64,000 bases of DNA. Origin: Antedon mediterranea. Its lineage: Eukaryota; Animalia; Echinodermata. Where the stretch lies: NCBI RefSeq assembly GCF_964355755.1, contig NC_092676.1:7665888-7729887 (forward strand), given 5' to 3'. The position numbers were made by a program, and so were the translations under genes. Shown here in pieces: positions 1 to 12,700 of the stretch (positions within the stretch are counted from its first letter, which is position 1; each line of letters opens with the position of its first letter). The notes below the pieces were generated by a model. That model worked only from the letters and a program-made list of their open reading frames with translations, did not search any database and was not told the DNA's origin.

Positions 1-231
1 AATTATGACAATTGAATTTATTGATGTGCAAAAGCAGTAAAAAGATTACTTTATTATTATAAATAATTGTAATATTTCTATAATATGAGCACAACAATAC
101 GTCTGTACTACGAGATTAACTTTTGTTTTATATACTTCTTCGTTTATATTTGACTGCACCACAGTTCAAATAAATAACTAAATAACAAAAATAAATCATC
201 AAACTAATAGTATTGCTGATATACTAGTTGT

Positions 232-449
232 AATGATGAAGATAATCAGGATGATGATGAAGAAGATAATCAGAATGATGAAGATAATCAGGATGATGTT
301 TGCTTATAATCAGTATGATGATGATGAAGATAATCAGGATGAAGAAGATAATCAGAATGATTAAGATAATCAGGATGATTAAGATAATCAGAATGATGAT
401 GATAATCAGGATGATGATGAAGATGGTAATCAGGATGATGAAGATAATC

Positions 450-480
<31 letters not shown>

Positions 481-600
481 AGAAGATAATCAGGATGATG
501 ATGAAAATGAAGAAGATAATCAGGATGATGATGATGATGATGATAATGAAGAAGATAATCAGGATGATGATGAAGAAGAAAAGATAATCAGGATGAGGAT
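232..600. repeat. Compound (GAT/GAA)n-GATAATCAG microsatellite in TGFBRAP1 intron
   Basis: Visible low-complexity repeat; the source of the spurious Met-rich ORF 300..587. Confidence 0.9.
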
Positions 601-728
601 GTTAATGATATATTAGGCTCATACACATATTAGTCTAATGATTGGCAAATATATTGTTAAAAATAATATTCTGACAACAAATCTAGCATTCATTTCAACT
701 GCAGCCCTCCCTCTATAGTACACCATAC

Positions 729-3700
729 CTTGCCATAAAGAATAGCACACTCAGCATACATGTCTGTCTCCTTCACTTTTCCCAGTATAAGCTGAACTCG
801 GTACAGGTTAGACGTCTGTAGCATGTGCCTCAACTTTGACCTTGCTAGATCCTGTTGAGTTTTTTCACTTTGGCTCTCTTTCCTTAGCTGTAGTACGGCA
901 TCTAGGTATAAAACAGCCAAGTGTGTGTGGTACTTTTCTTTCTGAAATTCAAATTATAACTTAATTCACATCAAAAATATCTTTTAAAATGTTTTCTCAT
1001 ACATATATAATGATGAGAGAATTATTATTTAAAAATAATTTCTTTCATCGTTATATTTAGGCCTATGTTATGTTTATATCATTATAATTACATTTGTATT
1101 TGTTAAATAAGTGATGGCAACTAAAATGGAAAACATTTTTACATAGATCCAAAATATGAACCCTTGACTCAACTCAACGTGAGCATTTATTCGAATGTTC
1201 ATTGGAGATAAAAATTTCTACTGATATTGTCCTTGTATGGGGGTTAAGCCGGTTTTCCCCCCTTACTGTGACTCGGCCAGGATTTGAACATAGGAATCAA
1301 CGATTGGTAACAACCATTAACAACCACAACCCTGCTCTACTATGATTTATTGTGCAGTAGGATATATACAGATTTTTTTCTAATTACATAGAACACTCAA
1401 ACACAAAGCATTTCTTCTCCTTGGTTAAATTAAATTAAAATCCAGCCAACTAAACTAAATTCTGGTCCTCAAAGTGGTTCTTAATTAGAGGTAAACATAA
1501 TAGACCACTGTCACAGTGATGTATTATTTGTAATATCTGAAACCACAACAGCAGGCAATATTCTATATACTGTACAAGGTTGCAATACCTATAGACTGTA
1601 AAGCTGGGATTTAGCTATTATCCATTGAACAATGCCATTTCTTTATAATATTTTTCCAATCTTTCATAATAATGACTTGATAAGGATCCAATATCACGTA
1701 GATATTCTCAACATATTATATGAAATTTATGTTTCCTTGTCTTTTTATCTTATATTATATTCTAGTTGTCTGCAGTATGAAAGTACAACATAGATTTAGC
1801 AGGGTGGATGAGAGGATAAAGCAGTTAGAATTTGTTTCTCAATGGTTTTCCTAACACTGCCCAAACATACTTGGAACAGCAAAACTAAATTACAACAGGT
1901 ATGTACAGTAATTGTAAGTGAACAAATGTATTAGTTAGGTGAAGTTTATCCTGATCTTGTAATTATTACTATCTATCTATTAGTACCAGTATCAAGTAGA
2001 ATTATTCCGAATTCATTTTTTATCTATTTATTATATTTCTAAGCAGTCTCTTTATTTCAGTCTCTACTTGCACAATATATCTATGATATAATAATGGTTG
2101 TTTCAATTCAATTGTTCTTTACTTTCCACAATACAACATATTATACATGTAATTATGGAGGATGCACATTTATTTAATTCCTATGGAAGTGTTTTTTATC
2201 TACTTCAGAAAACTTCAATTACTTAATAAATACAAACATACATTTAACATACAATTCACATATATAATATGTACCTTTTCAACTTGTGTTTTTCTTCATT
2301 TTATAGGATTTTCTATTATATTGTTAAGAACATCGAGGCTTTACTGTAGCATAATAAATTATATAAGCCTAATTCTTATTAATACTTGTTCTTAATGTGT
2401 AAGCTTGGTTCAGTCAAAAAGGTCTAATACTGTACAGTACTATTGAATAAGTCTTTGTGTATAGTGTAAAGGTTAGTATTGCCCTAAAACATTATTATAA
2501 GACTCCAATTAAAAAGAAATTTCAGGCAAGTTAAACTGTAACGAGGATAACAGGTTGTGCTACCCTGATTTCAGTTAACCTGTGGGGCTAAACAAGCTGT
2601 TCTTGATGCCTTGATTTATTATACTAGCTAGCACCACCAGTTAATAAAAACTGCATGGGTTTTACTAGCCCAGGAAATTACAAATAATTAAACTTTTCCA
2701 ATGAATTACAAGGACATGTAAGTTAATTAACACCAAAAGGTCCACTAATCAAATTCAACTACTGTACTTGCACTAAGCAAAAAAATACACGCCAGTGTGT
2801 TATTATGATTCAATAATTAAATTGTACAAATATAATAGAACAAAATAAAAGAGGTTGAAACTACCAAAAAAGACATAGTATATTTTCCCCCTGAAAAAAT
2901 AATGTTTTTAAATGTTTTGTTAAATATATGGCATTTTATTCACTTTGACCAAAAATTAGATCGAAAACAAACAATTATTTACCTGAAAAAAACTGAAAGT
3001 TAACACACAAAAATAGTTTTTTTTTTTTTTTACAGAACTTAATAACTTTACTAAAACTGCAAAATGGTCTGATTTTATTAATCTTCATTTTCATGTTTTT
3101 GGGGACAAAACAAGCCAGAGTCAGATTTGTTTGTATGTGTGGTTTATTTTTTCCGCAAAGAGGACAAATTATCATCTACCTTGATTTTCACAAGTAAGGA
3201 AAAATGTTCGTTCACCATGGATACAGGCTTGTGAAGTCTGTGAAAAAATGTAACATAGTTCTCTAAAAAAAGACTATATAGACTATAGACTATTTGTTAT
3301 TGTAATCTCACATTATGACTAGCTTTTTTGTTTAAATCAGACATTTATTTACTTGATAAAATTAAATGTTAGCACTTTCTGTTGTTAAGGCAACAACCAT
3401 ATTTCTACATTTATAGAACACACAAATATGAAACATATATTATATATTCGTTTTTTAAAAAATAGTTGAAATATTATATATAATACAATATTTCTGTTTT
3501 AAAAGATAATCACAATTTTTTCTATTCATTATTCATTTATTCCTAATTAAAAACAATCCGACATTTAAAATCTTTTGTTCACAAACGCAATAAAAAACAC
3601 ACAAAGAAAACCAAATCAAAAGAATACGTCTTTTATATCAGCATGTGATAATTAATATTAAACTAGCCGTATCCATTTACTGTACAAGTGTATATACAAA

Positions 3701-6700
3701 ATTTTCAAGTTGATCTGGTTAGAAAAGTAGCAGGCACTCTTGAACGCCAGTATGGCTTGTGGATTGACGACGTATGAGGGTAGATTCAGAGAGTTTGCCT
3801 CTGGTTAAAAGTAATAAACATTCATACAACCTTGGTTGATTATTAACTTGTTGGGTTCTGCATTTACAATAAAACTGCTGAGATTTTAGGTGAAATTACA
3901 TTTCTTTGGTGAATTTCACTTAGGCAGATCAGGGGCCACAGAGAAGAATTTATTGTATGGTAAGTAAGGTTGCTTTTTAAAAAAAATATCATGTTTATTT
4001 TTATGTGATGTGAGGTACATGCAACTCTATTTACCATGAACGGCCAAAGTTTTAAATCAGAAAAATTGCATTTTATAAATTTTAATGTCCTGGATACTAA
4101 GGAAAGCAAATTTTAAAAAGTATCTGTAATCTAATCAAATTTTGGATATAAAATTGTATTAATTTTTCATTGTATTTAATTTTCTTATTTTTATATTATT
4201 GTATAATATAGAAATATAATATATAGGTTTGTATAAATGAATAGTTTTGTTAGAGTTTGATGATTCTAACAGTTCAAAATTTAAAATATCTTGTGTTTAT
4301 CATCAGCAAAATGTGTACATTTGTTAAAGGGATATACCAACACAAAGAGCTCTATCTGAATCTATGAGAAAAGTCAAGAGGCCAAGAAGATGGCCCAAAG
4401 CAACATGGATAACAATTATAGAAAGTTATATGAAAAAAAAAATAAATATATATATGCACAGTTTGGCCAATAATCTCTCAAATTAGAGTCATTATTAAGT
4501 GCGCTAGTTGCAAGATGGTCAGCGTTCGTGATGATGGTTTGGGGGAATTTCTTCATAATAGTTAATATTATGTTTTTGCTATCACAGATTTTCTCTACTT
4601 CACAATTTATGCATAGTTATCTCAGTTGCATGTTTTAAAGTTTTTCTCAAGGAAACAAAGGGGGAAAATGAGGATATTATTTTGTTCTTAATCTTAGCAA
4701 TCAGCACATGGGTGTCACAAGACATTGTCCAATATGGAGGGCAAGGAAATAACTAACAACATTTCTTGGCTTTCTTATTGGTCAATGTCTTCATGACACA
4801 AAACAACTAACACTAAACGTGTTTGATGTATTAATGTTTAACTCGGTATAGAAAGCTAACTGCAGTCATTATGCCCAAAGGGTAATGATAGGTGAAGTCA
4901 AGAATTGATAGCTACAAAATGTGAGAAGTTAGCTCACTATATGAGAACACTAGTGAGGTTGAGTTTGATATTGAGGGCTATAACAATACTGAATTAAGGG
5001 CTACTACAATACTGAATTGAGGGCTACTACAATACTAAATTGAGGGCTACTACAAAACTGAATTGAGGGCTACTACAATACAACATATGAAACAACTTAT
5101 GAGAATGCTATTGAGGTGGAGTTCTGAATTGACGGAGATAGTACTATTACTTCAATACTACAGAGAGCACAAGTGAGGTGGAGTCCAGAATTGAGGACAT
5201 GCAGTTACATATCATATCTGCTGTACTCAAAACTGGTCACCCTCTTGCTAAGTGAATACATCATAGCCAGCCAGTAAACACTAAAGATCAAATTGAGGAG
5301 CTTTACAATTCAATAGGGCCTTGAGGCATTGGATGGGTACAGTCCAATTGAGAGGATCTCCAGATTCTTTGAAATACTGGAAATCACTCGATTGGACAAT
5401 ACCGATGCCAATCATTACAACCAACTTAATACAAAAACAACCAACTTAATAACGATGGGCAACAGTCTTTAGTTTTGAGAATACTTTGTTCTGTATGTAT
5501 TGTCACACAGATACCATAAAACCAAAAAACAAACAACTAATAGCAGCATTGAGTTTTCTCAAATATTCCAAAATAAATACCCGATCATTTATAGTTTGTT
5601 ACACAGGTACATGGCCCAAAAATTTTAAAAAGTTTGCAAATGCATTCAAATCTACCAGTTTCTGAACCAAATATCTAAACCTCTTAAAAACACCGAATGT
5701 ATAATATTTTACCTATTTACCATACCATTGTAATGTTGATGTTTCATAATTAACTATCAAGCCTTTATTATCATAAATCATAAACAATAAATATTCATTA
5801 AAAAACACCGGTCAATTTTAGTCATTCTGAACAGATTGAATACATTAAACCTTTATTAAAGTTTCTAAGGACACCAATATAAAGCTCTGTCTACACTATC
5901 AAACTTGATGTGACAACAAAATGTGATGTGCCCATATATGGACATGATGATGTCATATCACTACCATATTTAGGCCTATCACTACCATAATTGGGCGCAT
6001 CACACTTTTTTTTCAAACTAGTTTGATAGTGTGTAGATAGAGCTTAAAACAAAACCTTAGTATGCCCATATTCAGGGACACTCAAATTAAGGGAAGACAT
6101 AGAGTAGTGTAGACAGAGCTTAAAACACTATGAGCATGCCGATGTTCAGGGACACTCCAATAAAGGGGAGACATACAGTAGTGTAGACAGAGCTTAAAAC
6201 ACTATGAGCATGTCCATATTCAGGGACACTCCAATAAAGGGGAGACATACAGTAGTGTAGACAGAGCTTAAAACACTATGAGCATGCCCATATTCAGGGA
6301 CACTCAAATTAAGGGAAGACATACAGTAGTGTAGACAGAGCTTAAAACACTATGAGCATGCCGATGTTCAGGGACACTCCAATAAAGGGGAGACATAGAG
6401 TAGTGTAGACAGAGCTTAAAACACTATGAGCATGTCCATATTCAGGGACACTCCAATAAAGGGGAGACATACAGTAGTGTAGACAAAGCTTAAAACACTA
6501 TGAGCATGCCCATATTCAGGGACACTCAAATTAAGGGAAGACATACAGTAGTGTAGACAGAGCTTAAAACACTATGAGCATGCCGATGTTCAGGGACACT
6601 CCAATAAAGGGGAGACATACAGTAGTGTAGACAGAGCTTAAAACACTATGAGCATGCCGATATTCAGGGACACTCCAATTAAGGGAAGACATACAGTAGT

Positions 6701-9700
6701 GTAGACAGAGCTTAAAACACTATGAGCATGCCGATATTCAGGGACACTCCAATTAAGGGGAGACATACAGTAGTGTAGACAGAGCTTAAAACACTATGAG
6801 CATGCCCATATTCAGGGACACTCCAATAAAGGGGAGACATACAGTAGGTCCTGAAGGTGTCCCCTTAATAGGGTTCCACTGTATGTAGTAAACAAGACAT
6901 TTATGTATGTTAGTTATTAACCATAAGAGGATTACTTATAAACATTATACCAGCAAGTGTATAACAAAAATACTTCAATTTGATGTATTCCAGATGCGTG
7001 CATGATATTTTATAATAAACAAAACTAGATAAAAGATTAAAAAGTACTATTATGCATCTCTGTGTGTTAAAGGATTTTTAAACTGTGTTGAGAATTGAAA
7101 TTATTTTCTTTGGGGAGTTTCAATATGCCTTTTAATGTTCTGTTATTATCAGATTCAGAAAGGGTACGGTACACAGAAAATATAAAACAGAATACAGTAA
7201 ATATATATGAGGCCTGGCCTTGAAGTTGTAATAAACGGCCTAACCTACCCATTTTAAAATATCAAACTCTTGTTCATGAAAAAAATATAGTACTGTATGT
7301 GTATTTTGCAATTATTTAAGTCGTTTCCATTGAAAATCTATTAAGAAAGTTTTTTACGGCACTTTTGTAAATAAACTGCAAACCCGAATGACGTCATGTT
7401 TGGTACCTATCTGTTCGAAAATATATCAGCTAACATAATTTTTAACAACCTAAGGGATTTTCGTTATCTAGCCAATGGAAATTGGTTTTATTAAGGTGTT
7501 AGGTTGCTAAAATTTCTAACAAGAATTTGTGAATCCTTGACTGTGATTGGCATAGAGAAAAATTATGCTCTCTGATTGGCTGACGCTTTTGTTTACGATT
7601 AAACAGCATGGCACACAAAATAATGCATTTACAAAAAATAAGACATAATACACAAACAACAAAACAACTATAAGTATGTAATATAATAAGAACACTCTTA
7701 AGCCTGTTTTCCTGTCGACATTATTCGACGCTATCGTCGTTGAACTGTTAACGATCAACGACGACGACGATCGTTTTGAAATGATAACGATAGCGAGTAC
7801 CTTTTCCTGTAAATTGTAAACATTTCAATGTTTACGTACAAGATTTTCGATAATCGAATAACGTCGACAGTCGACAGCATCGAATAACGTCGACAGGAAA
7901 ACAGGCTTTAAGGGTACATCATCAGGCCCAAACCAAGTGTCCCCCTAATAGGGGTGTCCTCTGAATAAGGCTTGCAAACATTATACAGTAGAACCTCTTA
8001 TTTGGGAAATATATACATTAACACAAAAGCCAACCTCTATTCAGGGGACACTTTCTCATAACATGAATGAGGAGAAATATATACATTAACACCAAAGCCA
8101 ACCTCTATTCAGGAGACACTTTCTCATAACATGAGTGAGGAGAAATATATACATTAACACCAAAGCCAACCTCTATTCAGGGGACACTTTCTCATAATAT
8201 GAATGAGGAGAAATATATACATTAACACAAAAGCCAACCTCTATTCAGGGGACACTTTCTCATAACATGAATGAGGAGAAATATATACATTAACACAAAA
8301 GCCAACCTCTATTCAGGGGACACTTTCTCATAACATGAGTGAGGAGAAATATATACATTAACACAAAAGCCAACCTCTATTCAGGGGACACTTCCCCATA
8401 ACATGAGTGAGGAGAAATATATACATTAACACCAAAGCCAACCTCTATTCAGGGGACACTTTCTCATAACATGAATGAGGAGAAATATATACATTAACAC
8501 AAAAGCCAACCTCTATTCAGGGGACACTTTCTCATAACATGAATGAGGAGAAATATATACATTAACACAAAAGCCAACCTCTATTCAGGGGACACTTTCT
8601 CATAACATGAATGAGGAGAAATATATACATTAACACAAAAGCCAACCTCTATTCAGGGGACACTTTCTCATAACATGAATGAGGAGAAATATATACATTA
8701 ACACAAAAGCCAACCTCTATTCAGGGGACACTTTCTCATAACATGAATGAGGAGAAATATATACATTAACACAAAAGCCAACCTCTATTCAGGGGACACT
8801 TTCTCATAACATGAATGAGGAGAAATATATACATTAACACAAAAGCCAACCTCTATTCAGGGGACACTTTCTCATAACATGAATGAGGAGAAAAATATAC
8901 ATTAACACAAAAGCCAACCTCTATTCAGGGGACACTTTCTCATAACATGAATGAGGAGAAATATATACATTAACACAAAAGCCAACCTCTATTCAGGGGA
9001 CACTTTCTCATAACATGAGTGAGGAGAAATATATACATTAACACAAAAGCCAACCTCTATTCAGGGGACACTTCCCCATAACATGAGTGAGGAGAAATAT
9101 ATACATTAACACCAAAGCCAACCTCTATTCAGGAGACACTTTCCCATAACATGAGTGAGGAGAAATATATACATTAACACCACAGCCAACCTCTATTCAG
9201 GGGACACTTTCTCATAACATGAGTGAGGAGAAATATATACATTAACACCAAAGCCAACCTCTATTCAGGAGACACTTTCTCATAACATGAATGAGGAGAA
9301 ATATATACATTAACACAAAAGCCAACCTCTATTCAGGGGACACTTTCTCATAACATGAATGAGGAGAAATATATACATTAACACAAAAGCCAACCTCTAT
9401 TCAGGGGACACTTTCTCATAACATGAGTGAGGAGAAATATATACATTAACACCAAAGCCAACCTCTATTCAGGAGACACTTTCTCATAACATGAATGAGG
9501 AGAAATATATACATTAACACAAAAGCCAACCTCTATTCAGGGGACACCTATCACTTTCTTTGGTCCAGAAAGTGTCCCATTAATAGGGGTTTTACTGCAT
9601 TTCAATTCATTAAAAAGTGTTACAATACAATATTAGAAAATTTGAAATGTTCTTACCTCTAACTTTTTGGTGAAGACTAGAAATTCTAAATATCTTATGA

Positions 9701-12700
9701 TAGCTTTAGGGTAGGAACTGAGGAATGCTATGACATCATCTGGACGAAGACGCTCACTTGATGTCTCTGTTGCTGGCCGTTCTGTAAAAATCTGTACAAA
9801 AGAAAATTATAAACTGAATGTTATTATTGTAAGTATATTAAATTGTTTGTATTATAGTACATGAGTACAGCAAGGAGGAAAATCCAAACTCAAACTTTAT
9901 GTAACAAAAAAATGTGGTGCACCCATACACGGACATGATGATGTCATATCACTACCATATTTGGGCACATCACACTTTTTTGTCAAACTAGTTTGATAGT
10001 GTAGACAGAGCTTTTGAGAGAGACACGTGTTCCTCCACCAACCTCAAAGCTTACAAACACATTACATAAAAATGATCAGATTTCTAATTTACCATAACAG
10101 CCTTTTCTTGGTTCTTGCGTAACGCCCAGTCTATATGCCGCCAAAGTAAATCATGCTCACTTAATCTATACAATAAATTAAATCAACACTCAAAATTATG
10201 AATTTAATTAATCTCAAAGAAAGGAGATTTTGTTACAATGCTGTCTATTCCACTCCAGTGTTCAAATGATGTATAATTAAGTAAGTAACTAAGATGTTTA
10301 TTTTACTTATTTTGCTTATTTATTTGTCCGCAAACTTGCATTGCTAAATTAGTTACCAAACAGTTAAACAAGATACGACTATCTTTTAAATGATAAGGCA
10401 AACAACATATTAACATTTTAACTTACACAGATAGAAAATTAAAAACAAATTCAAAACCTGGAAAACTATCATCTTGTAAAACTCCATCAGACAACCTAAA
10501 ATATGAAAGAAATATATTAACTGCATGAATCCAACCATCCACATTTTCAATACATGTGTTTTCATTTCTTTCTTATACTTAGATGAATCACAAAATTAAG
10601 GTTACGAATAGGGGGCACTGCACTACAACTAGCAAAGTTACAGGACTCCTAGCAACCAATATCATCTATTTATTGCCAGATGAAGATTTGTTGAAAACAC
10701 GTCGCACACGCACGAATTCATGAATAGTTTTATGTCAAGAATTATATACAGATATTTAATGCAAAAACCAGATGAAAACATTTTTCGAACACTTACATCA
10801 AATCACATATTATGTACAGTATTTTATCCAACATTGTGTAAATAATATATTCAGAACAAATAAAGTTTAAAAACTAGGAGTACAGGTACTTTCGTTCACA
10901 GTCAATAGTGAGAAATAAAATAGGCACCATAAAGGACAAAAAATATAAAGAGAAAATCAAATATATTTTGATCTAAATATTAAAAAACAATACAGTGAAC
11001 TACTTACTTGACCCAAATTTGAAGAGCGCTTTCGTTATCGCCGTGTAAACGACTGAGTGTGGCGAGGGCGTGGTGACAGTCGTTCTTCTCTAGTATCTTA
11101 AAGCTATCCTCAAGTTTACACGCATTTTCTGTTGATACTAACTTTTGTAATTTAATTAAGTCACATTCTGCGTACAGTTTTAAAAGCGTAGTGTCAACAT
11201 CCTGCAAGCAAGAATATATTTGAAATCAGAAAATTTTTTTTATAAAATCATGTTAAAAAACAGAATAAAATTGTACTATTTATACACTAAAGAGTCAGTG
11301 GCTACTATAAAAATAATGAAAGTTTATGAGTGTGATGGTACAAATAAGTTTATGAGGTAAAGATGAAATTCTCTTTCACAAGGTCAAGCCTGAGAAAAAA
11401 TATAATTTCATATTTCACCGAATGGAATTATTTGTACCATCGCACGAATATAAACATATTCATTATTTGTATATAACATGTAAGTAGATTCTTGTCATTT
11501 CCATTGTTCTGACCTTGTTGTGAAGGAGAGATCACGTTGTAAGCGTCGCTGCTATTGTAATTCATGCAGATCAGAGTAATATTACATGATTGTTAAATAG
11601 TATGTACTATTACATGCCATGTGATCCACAATGGTCCAATCAAATGAAAGGAATTTATTTAGGTGTTATATAATAATAAACATGACCAATACTAACGAAA
11701 AATCACTCACCTCTTTCATATCAATGGCAAGAGAGGATCCCCTAATGTCTTCCAACATGCCAATAAGAAATCTTTTACATTCATTAAGCCTTGCTTTATC
11801 ACTCCGAACTATCTGCCTAATGTCGGCAAAATCGTGGAGGGGTGGTTGTGCACGACTGAATTTTGTACTGCTTGGGAGAAGGTTAGGGAATAAACTTATC
11901 AACTGAAAAAAATAATAATAACTTCATTTACATTTGAGAGAAAAGCCTATATTCAAATTAACACAACAATTGGAAGTTTGGCTTTAACCGATGTAGTGCA
12001 TCATCCAATATCTACGATTTTTTAGTCAGGTCAGACGAAATTAGAACAGAATTTATTTTTTGTAGTAAATATCTGTAGTTGAAGAAATTAGCGTAATGTC
12101 CATAAAACCAAACATGGCCGCTATATACAGTATTTTTCTATATATCAGGTATAGTCTAGGCAATCTAGAATTTACAGTCAAAAAATTTGCAAACAAAGCT
12201 TTTATTTTTTTTAATTGAGGGGGGACAATATATCTTTAAACTATATATCAGAGTCTGGTTATACCTGCATTATGATTGCATTATTATAAAAGAAGTATTA
12301 ATTCAGCAAAAAAACTATTACATTACTTACCTCCCTAATATCAAGCTTGCCATCCTTAAATAATTGGGATGCTTCTTCAAATTCATATTGAGCTAATTTG
12401 ATAAATCCAGCTTGTTGCTGGATGCGGATATACATCTAATGAAGGCAAAAGCAAAAATGTGTTATTTCTTCTATATACTGGCTAAACAGTAGCAGTAACA
12501 GAGGGAATCTTAGGCAGTGTTTTTGCAGCCAAAAATTAACCAGTAATTCAACGATAAACTGCCTGTGGAAACAGGGTTTAACCAATTGTCTTATTCAAAT
12601 CAGACAATTATCGGATAAATGCGATAATTTTTAACCTTTGACCTAAAAAAATTGTTGTAATGTGATTGGGCATCTGGTTGTTTAGTAATGACTGACTATA

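Noticed and set aside
300-587. Met/Ile/Lys-rich 95-aa ORF
   Set aside because: Translation of an intronic GAT microsatellite.
6031-9547. Regularly spaced repeats resembling CRISPR arrays
   Set aside because: Units are near-identical along their whole length with no unique spacers; eukaryotic context and no cas genes.
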